Below are positions 39,283-51,734 of a stretch of DNA of 58,154 bases, in pieces; position 1 is the first letter of the stretch; each line of letters starts with the position of its first letter. The position numbers and the translations under genes are program-made. Under the pieces are notes generated by a model. It ran no database searches. It worked only from the letters and a program-made list of their open reading frames with translations, and was not told the DNA's origin. Source of the DNA: Octopus bimaculoides (taxonomy: Eukaryota). Location of the stretch: assembly GCF_001194135.2 (NCBI RefSeq), contig NC_068986.1, positions 98,679,332 through 98,737,485 of the forward strand, written 5' to 3'.

Positions 39283-40169
39283 GTAGGTAGGTAGGTAGGT
39301 AGGTAGGTAGAAATACATATACATACATAATATATAGTACATATGTATATATGTATATATATATATGTGTGTGTGTGTATACATATGTGTGTGTGTATAT
39401 ATGTATATATATATATGTGTGTGTGTGTATACATATGTNNNNNNNNNNNNNNNNNNNNNNNNNNNNNNNNNNNNNNNNNNNNNNNNNNNNNNNNNNNNNN
39501 NATATATATATATATATACATACATATTTGCGAAAGTACAGGTGTGTTGTTAAGTAGTTTGCTTTGTAACTATGTTCATTGCCGCTCTCTTCCTCTTCTC
39601 TCACCAAACCAATATACAGGCGTCGATAAAAGTTCCTCCCTGAGATATTCATTCATTTTCCTTGGGGAATATGTAGAAGTGTTTTACTTTACCTCTCTTG
39701 AATTTACTCCTGAAGCACAAGGCCTTTTAACACTTAGGAATGGGGACTGTTTCTTGTGGCAACAATTATTGTTCATACAAATATGGACCAGAGTGACGCG
39801 TGTCAGGGTGTAAGCGCTTCTAATTACTTGCCATGTGACGTGAATGAAGTCCTTAATCACTTAGATTTCAGATAATGAGCTTAAGATAAAATAAGAACAA
39901 TAATAATCGAGTGAAGAACAAATAAATAGTGCGTGTATTTATTTGGCAAGAAAAATTACCAAGTCGAAATACAACAATATCCGTTTCAGCACACGATTTC
40001 CAATCAGGAATCTGGTAAAACTAATTCATAAACGTAAAGTTTATACTAGTAAAATATAAAATACACAGTGAAACTTACAATGGAGTTGAATTAAAATACA
40101 ATATTAAATAATATATTAATAAAGCAATATTATATAAATGTGTAAAAATAGTTGGGTGTGCGGCAAAAT

Positions 40170-41340
40170 TAGAAACTGGAGTAAAGTGAGTAATTTCTGA
40201 TTCGTTATTTTCTCCTTGCCTGTTTGAAATCATTACATTGCAAGTATTGCAACATCTTTAGGAGTAAAATTCGGTCAGTATACTTGTTACTAAAGTTGAG
40301 AATCCTTGAAACATAATCAGGTGAGAGACACTTTTTTTTTCAAGAAATTTTTTAACTTTGATCCGATTGAGGTTGCTAATAAAATATCTGGATAATTTTT
40401 TCGCACTGAAAAATCAATATTCTTTTCTCTGTTGGATTCCAAATCATTTTTCCCACATTTGCCTAATTTGATAATTTCCAATTTTCAAAACATAATGTCT
40501 AAAATGGGGAAAATGAGTTATGATTAATTTCAATAATTTCTTCTCTTCAACTTTATGGCGCGCAAATATATTGGGATGAAAGCCACTCCAGCAGATCATG
40601 AAGAAGTTATATATGCTGAGTTTTTTTATTTATTTAGTCGAGTTCCGTTAAATTCATATCATGTGCCATTTTTTCCTTGATCCTCTTTCATTTGACCGAG
40701 ATATTTTAAATTTTTGTTGCCTCTCTGATCATTCTAATGTCTGGAGATGGATATTGATGTTTACAAGTCTGTTTTGAAATGTAGTTCTGGAGAATAGAAC
40801 AGGAAAATTCATCTTAATTTGGCTTACTCATTTTGCCCTAGCTGAATTTTTTTTTTTTTATATGCTCAAAGTGAACGATGATATTTTTTTGAAATGATGT
40901 TCAGATTATGTTATAATGTTTTAATGCATTTAGAGAAGGTCATCTGCTTATCTGATATAGTCTTTGTCAGGTTGTGAACCATCGTAAGAAGCATATTTCT
41001 ACTCAAAGTCAATAATGCTGTAAAAACTCCTCATTGAGCTTCCCTACCCCTCTATATGAAAATTAACGTAAAAGGATAATCAACAAAATATTTGAAAACT
41101 GTTGATGGAATAAACTAAGTACAATAATTCTTGTAGTATAGTTGATATGCACGAGGAAGTGTTGAATTATGAGAACATTGAGATCCAGATATACAGAGAC
41201 ATAAGCATGGAGGATAATTACGTTTATAATGAATTTTCTGTGTAATATCTGTGGATATTTTAAATGAATGGTACAGCATATAAATTCCAGAATATAGGAC
41301 ACGGTCTATGGGTATTAAAATGATATAATCAGACAACTAT
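40170..41340 (-). mobile_element. old RTE/RTEX-like LINE RT 3' portion
   Basis: Scattered minus-strand motifs in the expected order: LFHQQFSNILL (cf. LSP.LFN..L), IR*ADDLL, KNLKYLGQM and YVSRI...YTDRIL. Confidence 0.4.
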
Positions 41341-41399
41341 AATACCTCAATGTTGTAGGTGAACTGTGATATATAGATTAATCAGTATATGTTGGAGCG

Positions 41400-42135
41400 T
41401 GCATGATGATGTTGACAACAGATTCTGATGATTTTATTTGCAACGTAGAAGATATCGTTGTCAGGGTTTGAAAACAAGTCCTTGGACATGTACATACAAA
41501 AGTAGATCAGTTCAGATTTTAACTTACTATGTACCGGAAAGGTACATTGATGCATACATCTTCTCAATACATGGGTTTCAAAATCATTCTCACTATGCAT
41601 TCGTACTAACTGAGAATCTGAATTTGGTGTTATAATTCGTGTCTGCTGGATTTTAAACGGCCATATAATTTTAGATAAATTGGTTTTTATTCAAATTTTG
41701 TTGTTTTTCGAAAGATTAAATACATTGTACACTCTAGATTTGAAGATGCTCTTTAATAAAACAAGGTATGATTTGGATATACTGCGGCTCGTGGAGAGAA
41801 CTTCACCGTACACTATTTGTCGAGGCATTTACGGTCAAAGGTTGTCTTGCCTTTTGCAAGCTCAGATAAGGAGAGGGTTAGAATTGACGGATAATAAGAT
41901 TTCGACGTTGATAAATGCGACACGGAGATAGGTGTCTTCCTATAACTTAGATTGATGTTGTTTTTGTTACCTACTTTAAGGATTTGCGCTCGGTTAGATG
42001 TAGTTTCGTATTTAATTGAAGAAATTACTGGCAAGATTTGTCTTGATATGTAAACTAAAGTAGGGTTAGACAAAAACACGTTGCGTTTAAGTATTTTATA
42101 GGAATTCGGGTTACCTATGGCGTTTGCTAGCTCCT
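41400..42135 (-). mobile_element. Penelope-like element relic: linker and GIY-YIG endonuclease
   Basis: RNVFLSNPT...KVGNKNNINLSYRKTP, KCLDK, KSIFKSRVYN and KTNLSKIIW. Confidence 0.75.
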
Positions 42136-42432
42136 TGAACCTGCTTATGTAAGAACATATACATATATATATGCATATATATATGTATATGCATACATAT
42201 ATACACACAGACACATATATATGTATATATATATATANNNNNNNNNNAAAAACACGTTGCGTTTAAGTATTTTATAGGAATTCGGGTTACCTATGGCGTT
42301 TGCTAGCTCCTTGAACCTGCTTATGTAAGAACATATACATATATATATGCATATACATGTGTACATATATAATTTGTAGATACAATAACTTTTAAACATG
42401 AACATACTGTGCGCACGCATACGTATGAATAC

Positions 42433-42470
<38 letters not shown>

Positions 42471-42957
42471 ATGTGTGTGTGTGTGTGTGTGTATACATTT
42501 GCATATATATGTATAAACCAATTACTCAAGGAAACTATGTATCTCATATCACATAAATTGTCAATCAGGAGGATAGGGAACAAAAACGTATCTTTTGGTA
42601 AGATATATTGCACCCTGGAATATTCCTGTCAAGTAATCAGCTCTTAATGAGAATAATTCTTGGCGCTGCACCTGCAACTTAAAACTTGAAATAACATTTT
42701 CCTCATATTAAATATTCTGTCCTGTTATTTCATGTAAATTAAAAAAGTAAAAACTTTAAATAAGCATAAATACATAAACCCATCCCACACGCATATGCAT
42801 TCCAACAACTACACGCGAGTATGTATGTGTGTGTATGTGTGTAGAATGAGAGAGTGGCAGAGAGAAGGATAAAAAGAAAGAGATGAAGAACATGATCACA
42901 TGATCACACATACACACACATATGCATACATACATGCATACACATATATGCATATAT

Positions 42958-42993
<36 letters not shown>

Positions 42994-43844
42994 NNNNNNN
43001 NNNNNNNNNNNNNNNNNNNNNNNNNNNNNNNNNNNNNNNNNNNNNNNNNNNNNNNNNNNNNNNNNNNNNNNNNNNNNNNNNNNNNNNNNNNNNNNNNNNN
43101 NNNNNNNNNNNNNNNNNNNNNNNNNNNNNNNNNNNNNNNNNNNNNNNNNNNNNNNNNNNNNNNNNNNNNNNNNNNNNNNNNNNNNNNNNNNNNNNNNNNN
43201 NNNNNNNNNNNNNNNNNNNNNNNNNNNNNNNNNNNNNNNNNNNNNNNNNNNNNNNNNNNNNNNNNNNNNNNNNNNNNNNNNNNNNNNNNNNNNNNNNNNN
43301 NNNNNNNNNNNNNNNNNNNNNNNNNNNNNNNNNNNNNNNNNNNNNNNNNNNNNNNNNNNNNNNNNNNNNNNNNNNNNNNNNNNNNNNNNNNNNNNNNNNN
43401 NNNNNNNNNNNNNNNNNNNNNNNNNNNNNNNNNNNNNNTATATACATATACTCGGCTGGCGCCGTTTGCCGTTAATCTAAATTGTATGCCTAAACGATCA
43501 AGCAGACGCCGTAATATTGTATATTGAAAAAAATCTTTATTACATGACAGCGTCGAGTCTTCGATATTCCATTAGCTAACAAAACATGTGTGAATATCGT
43601 AAAATGATGTTATTCTCAACTGATATAATACATTTATTTGAAGAGAGCGCTATCTTTAACTTGATGGTCAAATTCGGGTAGAAAATTAATTTTCCCTGAC
43701 GTGAGTGTGAGTTTATTCTTGTGTGTTCACTAGCAATCCTTGTGAAGCATGTTGTCAGTAATAAGACACTGTTCTTGTTAAGCACAGAGAGTGATTTTAC
43801 ATAAGCTACTATTGGTATATGATATATCTAACTTATTCTATTGT

Positions 43845-44060
43845 AGAACGCCGAGATAACTCGTCAGCCGATAGTAGTTTTGAGTTTTAGCTAATTTTCA
43901 ATTCCTGATTTGCTGATACTCGAACAGGTTTGCAGCTTTGAAGTTTAAATTTCCTTGAAAGAAGGTTTCTCTGTGTTCAAGATAAAATCTTGATTTTTTC
44001 AATTGTACATAGATGATAATAATGGCTAAGGTCATTGTATATTTTGATCCTTGATGTCTT
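43845..44060 (-). mobile_element. possible PLE 3' end relic with downstream CUGACGAG motif
   Basis: LAIIIIYVQLKKSRFYLEHRETFFQGNLNFKAANLFEY weakly resembles the GIY-YIG C-terminus; CTGACGAGTTATCTC lies ~30 nt downstream. Confidence 0.3.
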
Positions 44061-44419
44061 CCAAACAACAGTCGAGAACTTTGCATACCGGAAGCCAGCA
44101 AGTGTATGGGGTCATCAGGAGAGAATGCGCGCCGTTTCGGGGCCTACCTCTCCGCGGCATCAATGCGAGCCGGCCCCCCTCACTGATATGAGGCCCCGCT
44201 TACTAGATCAACTGGTTATTAAAAACAAAGCTCAATATTTCTCTAGCCATCGCTCATCGTCTCTTTTTAACCAAATCCAGTGGCTAGCCTTCTCCACTGT
44301 AGTTTGGATATCACTCATAGTGGNNNNNNNNNNGCCATCGCTCATCGTCTCTTTTTAACCAAATCCAGTGGCTAGCCTTCTCCACTGTAGTTTGGATATC
44401 ACTCATAGTGGTATTTACC

Positions 44420-44805
44420 TTACGATGAGTTAGGCCTAACGATAACAGCAGTCGTCTCACACTGTGTCCTACAAACCCTCTACATCCCCTGATTGGTCCA
44501 TTGTGGTTATTTCTTGTGGGGAAACCTCAAGCCTCGTACATTGGACGATTTGAAGGAAGCTACTGGCGTGGAAGTTACCCAAATCGACAGAATAATGCTG
44601 GAGAGAGTGGAGGCCAACTTCCAAGAACGCTTTCAAAAGCGCATCAGTGAAAACGGACACCATATGATGAATGTTGTTTTCCACACTTGATTTTGACAAA
44701 TATTAATTCAATACGAACTCATTGATGTCAATAAAATTTGTTTGCAGCTAAAATTAATGATTTTGTGAAGTTTTTAAAAATGTCCGCCCTCTCTGTCTCA
44801 TCCTG
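44420..44805 (+). mobile_element. Tc1/mariner transposase 3' fragment with right TIR
   Basis: SPDWSIV/CGYFLWGNLK-PRTLDDLKEA...ENGHHMMNVVFHT* (ORF 44493-44690); ends CATCCTG followed by TA at 44806-44807. Confidence 0.8.
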
Positions 44806-45204
44806 TATATACACAACGAGAAAGGAAAAGGTAAAGAAAGTACGACAGAAAGAAATAAGGAATGATAAATGAGAGCTGTTGCAATAATGTACAAATAACA
44901 TTTGTTACAAAGAACTCAGACTAATATATATTTAATAAAACTGAAAAATGAAAAGAAGATTCTTTAGCTTGCTATCGCTTTCTCTCCCTCTCTCTGTTTC
45001 TGTAGGTGCTTGCGTGCAGGCGCATGTGCGTGTATACTCTTTCATGTAAAGTCATATTTAATACGCTGGAGTACACTTGGATTAGAAAAGACCTTTTGCT
45101 GCGGAATAGCGTCAACAAAAATTTTCCTAGACATTTTTGGCTTTGAAATCATGGCATCGTAGGCTGCATACGCGTTTGCGTTATTTCGCAATATACATAC
45201 ATTC

Positions 45205-45235
<31 letters not shown>

Positions 45236-45384
45236 TATNNNNNNNNNNNNNNNNNNNNNNNNNNNNNNNNNNNNNNNNNNNNNNNNNNNNNNNNNNNNNN
45301 NNNNNNNNNNGAATCTAGTTAATGATCTCCTAAGGTAAGTTCTTATGCTATATTGGTAACGGTTGCTACATCCTCTGGGAAAAT

Positions 45385-45426
<42 letters not shown>

Positions 45427-46438
45427 GTAATTTCGTTTCTGGCAAATGCCTTCATATGTGTATATGAAAACAAAACAGAAATTATCACCATGTATGTGGT
45501 GAGGAATGTATGCATATATAAGGCGGGAAAATTTTTTCAGCTTTATTGAATATTTATTACTCAATTCTTAGCATCAATAGTTATTTGTACATTTATGCAA
45601 TAACCCTCTTTTTCTCTCTCCCTCTCTCTCTCTCTATCTCTCTCTCACTTATCTCTTCATCTCTCCCTTTATGAGCATGTGTGTGTTCCAATGGCAGATG
45701 TTTTTTGTGTATATTATATGGCGAAAGTGGTCTCTGTATAGCATTAATGGTTTACAGCCGTCAAAAAGTATTATATGTGTTGCTGGCATTGCTTTTCAGT
45801 TGTCTGTTACGTACCTCCGTTACTCTCGTAAATCTAATGTTAGTGTACTTGTTTAGTATTTACTGCATACATCATTCACTGATAATATCTTCATGGAGGA
45901 ATGAAAATAAAACATTTTAACAGTCATGTCAATTAAATAGTATCGATGTCCGTATTTGCAATTGATGCTAGAGGCATAGGTATTTCAGTTAAATATCTAA
46001 ATGTCTGATGAATAGTCGTTAAGAGTATATATTTTGAAGTATTATACTTAAATTTAAAGATGAAAAGAATTGTAATATATACGTCCACCATAAGTTTCAA
46101 TAGGTTTCATCTACGATTGTCATCATTTTCTCCAATATTTTACTATTTTACTTTCTCATTTGCTGGCAGTTTAACGTTTGAAGTGTTTAAATTACAAAAA
46201 GAAGCACATTACAGTATTTTGTAACACCTATTAGCTGCCTTTAGTTTTAAGTTCGGCAATGAAACACTTGCCTCAAAAACAAATCAAGTGCAATGATTAA
46301 CAACAAAAATCAAACGAAAAATAATCCATAAAAATTCTAAATACATAACTAAACCATAAATAGCGAACACCATTAGTAAAGGTGTGCACACAGACATACT
46401 CGCGCACACACACATACACACATTACTACAAATAAATG

Positions 46439-46723
46439 CATGCAAGTTTGATACAATATAAAGGACATAATGGAAATTAATATGAGTCAAATTTTGCAAC
46501 ACCACTACATCATATGAAAAGAGTACGGGCGTCCGAAGCCGAAAATGGCTGCCATTCAAGCGATGTCATTTTTCATATGTGATGTAGTGGTGTTACAAAA
46601 TTTGACTTGTGCATAATAATTTCCATCGTGTCCTTTATATTGTATCAAACTTACATGAATTTATGTGTAAAGTTAAGGAAATTATTAAAAATCGCCACTA
46701 TCAGTGACTTTTGGGACACACTG
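46439..46723 (+). mobile_element. mariner 3' end with a local inverted duplication (arms 46439-46520 and 46570-46657)
   Basis: ENGCHSSDVIFHM* is the transposase end; TIR end GGGACACACTG|TA at 46723; ~85-bp arms around a 49-nt loop. Confidence 0.8.
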
Positions 46724-46784
46724 TATATACATGTATGGTTATATGCATACATAGATGTGTGTGTATGTGTGTGTATGTATATAT

Positions 46785-46846
<62 letters not shown>

Positions 46847-47841
46847 TTCCACAGAGCTGGCTACTAAGCAGTTTCTCAGTTTTTAGTTCGCTCACCATCA
46901 GCAGCTAGGCGGTGCAGAGAACAGAAATGAAGCACTTTTCAAAATACCCAGAGAACATACAAGTATAAACTCCAATTCTGAAATCGAAATCTTGATGTAG
47001 GATAAAGACAGTTGGAGAATGAAAGATGTTATAGCTTTGTCTGTGGGCGATAAATAATAGTGTTATATATATATAACACGGTGCATAAGGAACAGATTCG
47101 CTTCCACCAGTACAGGCAAATTGCACTGAGCGCACATCTTGACAGATGCGCAAGTGATCAAACGCCGAAGTTCTTTATCTTCCCCCTGTACCAGTGCAAA
47201 GATTCAATTTCAGTGCAAGGACGACTAAATAAAGAGAACTTATTCATTCAAAAATAGAAACCACACCTCAATATTCAAACATGACAACCCCAGAAATAAT
47301 ACTATATAATCAGTTATTCCCCTTGACACCCATTACCTCCCTTGGTTCACTCTCTAAATCCTTTCTTATTTTTCAAACAACCAAGATGGCGAATGTCCCT
47401 CATCATGCGAATTAACCACTACACAATACCCCTTGAAAAGCTAATTTAAATAGCGAAAACCGGTTGGGATTTTACAACACCCATTTAATATGTATATATT
47501 TATATAAAAAAATATTAAACTATGCGAAACGAAGACATTTTTCTTCATTTTTCTTTACATTTTTTCAACTCATAATTTCACCACGTGTTGTTTACTGAAC
47601 CTCCAGTATTCTTNNNNNNNNNNNNNNNNNNNNNNNNNNNNNNNNNNNNNNNNNNNNNNNNNNNNNNNNNNNNNNNNNNNNNNNNNNNNNNNNNNNNNNN
47701 NNNNNNNNNNNNNNNNNNNNNNNNNNNNNNNNNNNNNNNNNNNNNNNNNNNNNNNNNNNNNNNNNNNNNNNNNNNNNNNNNNNNNNNNNNNNNNNNNNNN
47801 NNNNNNNNNNNNNNNNNNNNNNNNNNNNNNNNNNNNNNNNN

Positions 47842-47895
<54 letters not shown>

Positions 47896-47964
47896 TGTGT
47901 GGCTGTTCAGTTTTTGCCGAACGACCTGCACAAATGATTTTCTTATAGTGATCAAATGTATGTG

Positions 47965-48148
47965 TGTTATACATTAACTCACTCCCCCATCGTTGCCCAA
48001 CAGGTGCACGGTGTGCCACACGTCATGTGCTGAAGTAGACGCAGAGTAACGTGAAATTAAGTGTTTTGTCCAAGAAAACAGCGCATCAATCGGTCCAGGA
48101 ATTGAAACCATAATACCGCTATCGTAAGTGCAATACTCTAACCACTAG
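47965..48148 (-). mobile_element. tRNA-derived SINE (family C) head and core
   Basis: Minus strand CTAGTGGTTAGAG...GGTTTCAATTCC...TTGGACAAAACACTTAATTTCAC. Confidence 0.7.
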
Positions 48149-48324
48149 TTTCTTTATAAACCACTACATTAAAGCGCCATCCGAATTCTTCAACCTCATT
48201 TCCAACTCACTACATATTGTCTGCATACACACGGACATTATCACTCTTAACATTCATTAATCTCATGTACTCAAACATTTAAGTAGGCCCTTAACTCAAT
48301 GTACACATAAGCACACACGCATGA

Positions 48325-48382
<58 letters not shown>

Positions 48383-48535
48383 CACATACACACATACACA
48401 CACACTCACAGTACACTAACTGAAAGACTTAATTGCATCTGGATACACCGATGCCTTTACTGATTAATAGTTTGACACGGTGATAAATATACAACTGAAC
48501 TGACATGTACATTTATACGCACACGGACACACGCA

Positions 48536-48593
<58 letters not shown>

Positions 48594-48943
48594 CACACAC
48601 ACCGATGTACTATCATGTTTCGCATACTGATGTATAAACTAAAATATATACCGAAACATTTGTTATAGCTTGCTCTCCTGATGTAGAAACAGTTGGGAAG
48701 TTGTATTTATGTACATGTGCCTGTACGTCAGTGTGCTATGTACGTATGCGCGAGTGCATATGCTTGTACATATACAAATACATATGTATATATGTGTGTT
48801 TGTGTTTGTGTGTTTATGTGTATATATATATATATGGGTGTGTGTGTGAGTGTGTGTGTTTGTGTGTGAAATATAACGTGTCTTGAATGCTACAACAATG
48901 CAGAACGTACTATAATACTTTATAAATTAGTTATCCATAACCT

Positions 48944-49460
48944 GATATGGTAATGTTTTGGAATAAAAAAATTCCTTCTTCAGATATCGTTGGGAATTAT
49001 CAAGTCGCTGCTATAATCGGTTTTCCAACAGTTACTAAATTTTTTTCATGAAGCGTCTCTGTAGTGGTCTCACGGAGCTCCTTCCGGAATTCTTATGAGA
49101 AGTGTGTGAAGCACGCCATGTCTCAAGCTCGTGTGTGTTGGTACATCCGCAGCGCTGTTTCCAAGTTATGTATTATTAAAAAAAACTGCTCGTATAATTC
49201 AATTTCTTTATTGCGCACAAGGGGCCAACTGCCCGTATAATTCATAACTTGGAAGCAGCGCTGCAGATAGGCCAACACACGCAAGCTTGAAACATGGCCG
49301 CCCTCACGCACTTTTCATGAGGAATTCCGGAGACCACTGCAGAGACGCTTCCGGAAAAAAAAAATTCAGTAACCGTTGGAAAACCTATTATAGCAGTGAC
49401 TCGATCAATTTCTAGCGATATCTGAAGGAATTTTATATTCCGAAATATTATTATTATATC
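48944..49460. repeat. long inverted repeat, ~220-bp arms (48944-49170 and 49243-49460), 72-nt spacer, decayed HHR at each outer end
   Basis: Arms align throughout (e.g. GAAGCGTCTCTGTAGTGGTCTC and GAGACCACTGCAGAGACGCTTC). Confidence 0.9.
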
Positions 49461-49589
49461 ATACTCTAGATAATTAAATCATAACAGTTGTTATAGTCCA
49501 CTCTGCATTGTTGTGCCATTCAAGACACGCTATATTTCACAAATAATACACAATGCTTCAAGCTAACTACAATACTCTCCTATATATAT

Positions 49590-49750
49590 ATACATATATA
49601 TATATATAGTTGGAATTTACAGAAAAATAAAAGTCGAAGACAGGTGCATGACCAGCAAACAGGTGTATTAGTTTAACGCTCAGGAAGGTGAGAAAAACTT
49701 TTACGTTTCGAGCCTACGCTCTTCAACAGAAAGGAACACAGAAAATAAAC
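49590..49750 (-). mobile_element. short PLE pseudo-LTR-like repeat with variant HHR-like motif (49702-49729)
   Basis: CTTT-CTGTTGA-A-GAGC(GTAG)GCTC-GAAACGTA^AAAG. Confidence 0.7.
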
Positions 49751-50651
49751 CTCGTAATGTAGAGTATGCAAAGGAAGGCGACTGAGGGGAAAAGAAGATG
49801 TAATAAGCGAGAGAGAGAAGGCAGTGGATGGTGTTTATTTTGGAGAGATTGGGACGAATGGTGGCGCGCATAAAGCGATAGGAAGTAATACGGAGTATGG
49901 GTAGGATAGCTGAAGCAGAGTGGAGAGTGGAGTGGAAATGGATGCGTAAACCTTTGGAGATGAGGCGATGGTGGGGGCAGCGACTGAGAAATGAAACGGG
50001 GCAAGAGAACCGTGTTTTTTTAATTAGTAGGGAAAGATTAATAGAAGGTTGAAAGCAGCGGAGAGGAAGTGTGGAAATGTTTTTTTTTTAGGCGGTGGTG
50101 AAGGGGGAGGAGGAAAGATTTGTAATCGGGCATGATTGAAAAATGAGAAAAAAAGGTGGAGAGAAAGGCAAAGTAATGACGTACGAGGTATAAAAGATGA
50201 AAAGAAATTCAAAATGCGCAAGGAGAAAAAATTCAAAAGGTGTGAGGAGAGAAAAATACAAAAGGCAGGAGGAGAAGAGAAAGNNNNNNNNNNNNNNNNN
50301 NNNNNNNNNNNNNNNNNNNNNNNNNNNNNNNNNNNNNNNNNNNNNNNNNNNNNNNNNNNNNNNNNNNNNNNNNNNNNNNNNNNNNNNNNNNNNNNNNNNN
50401 NNNNNNNNNNNNNNNNNNNNNNNNNNNNNNNNNNNNNNNNNNNNNNNNNNNNNNNNNNNNNNNNNNNNNNNNNNNNNNNNNNNNNNNNNNNNNNNNNNNN
50501 NNNNNNNNNNNNNNNNNNNNNNNNNNNNNNNNNNNNNNNNNNNNNNNNNNNNNNNNNNNNNNNNNNNNNNNNNNNNNNNNNNNNNNNNNNNNNNNNNNNN
50601 NNNNNNNNNNNNNNNNNNNNNNNNNNNNNNNNNNNNNNNNNNNNNNNNNNN

Positions 50652-50769
50652 GTTCAGGGTTCAGTCCCACTGCGTGGAACCTTGGGCAAGTGTATTCTAC
50701 TATAGCCTCGTGCTGACCAAAGCCTTGTGAGTGGATTTGGTAGACGGAAACTGGAAAAAGAAGCCCGTC

Positions 50770-50811
<42 letters not shown>

Positions 50812-51025
50812 ACGTTTGTGTGTCTGTGTTTGTCCCCCCAACATCGCTTGACAACCGATGCTGGTGTGTTTGCGTGTCCGTAACTTGGCGATTCAGTAAA
50901 AGATCCCGATAGAATAAGTACTAGGCTTACAAAGAATAAGTCCTGGGGTCTATTTGCTCGACTAAAGGCGGTGCTCCAGCATGGCCGCAGTCAAATGACT
51001 GAAACAAGTAAAAGAGTAAAGAGAG
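50652..51025 (+). mobile_element. SINE family A, near full length (5' end lost in gap)
   Basis: B-box-like GGTTCAGTCC, body, internal (TA)/(TG) tract, and 3' body ending GACTGAAACAAGTAAAAGAG. Confidence 0.9.
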
Positions 51026-51149
51026 TATATCCAGTGGTAATCCAGGTGGAATGCTGGTATGCAGATGAGGAGAGGTGCAGAAAATCCAGGAAGAAGTTCG
51101 AAGTGTAGGAGGTTAAAACAGGATAAGACTGGTGCGACTACATCAGAGT

Positions 51150-51272
51150 GCAATATATAGTTCGAATTTACAGAAAAACAAAAGACGAAGGCAGGTGTAT
51201 TTGTTTAACGCTCGGGAAGGTGAGAATGTCTTTTACGTTTCGAGCGTGCGTACTTCAACAGAAAGGAACAAT
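51150..51272 (-). mobile_element. short PLE pseudo-LTR-like repeat (HHR-like motif 51234-51261, helix II eroded)
   Basis: CTTT-CTGTTGA-AGTACGCACGCTC-GAAACGTA^AAAG. Confidence 0.65.
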
Positions 51273-51734
51273 ATATATNNNNNNNNNNNNNNNNNNNNNN
51301 NNNNNNNNNNNNNNNNNNNNNNNNNNNNNNNNNNNNNNNNNNNNNNNNNNNNNNNNNNNNNNNNNNNNNNNNNNNNNNNNNNNNNNNNNNNNNNNNNNNN
51401 NNNNNNNNNNNNNNNNNNNNNNNNNNNNNNNNNNNNNNNNNNNNNNNNNNNNNNNNNNNNNNNNNNNNNNNNNNNNNNNNNNNNNNNNNNNNNNNNNNNN
51501 NNNNNNNNNNNNNNNNNNNNNNNNNNNNNNNNNNNNNNNNNNNNNNNNNNNNNNNNNNNNNNNNNNNNNNNNNNNNNNNNNNNNNNNNNNNNNNNNNNNN
51601 NNNNNNNNNNNNNNNNNNNNNNNNNNNNNNNNNNNNNNNNNNNNNNNNNNNNNNNNNNNNNNNNNNNNNNNNNNNNNNNNNNNNNNNNNNNNNNNNNNNN
51701 NNNNNNNNNNNNNNNNNNNNNNNNNNNNNNNNNN

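Noticed and set aside
42072-42354. ~107-bp duplication across a 10-N gap
   Set aside because: Identical copies either side of the gap, diverging only in the microsatellite: uncollapsed alleles.
44246-44411. 78-bp exact duplication across a 10-N gap
   Set aside because: Scaffolding overlap artefact.
47383-47393. YY1-like CAAGATGGCG promoter motif
   Set aside because: Isolated short motif with no CpG island, ORF or donor site nearby.
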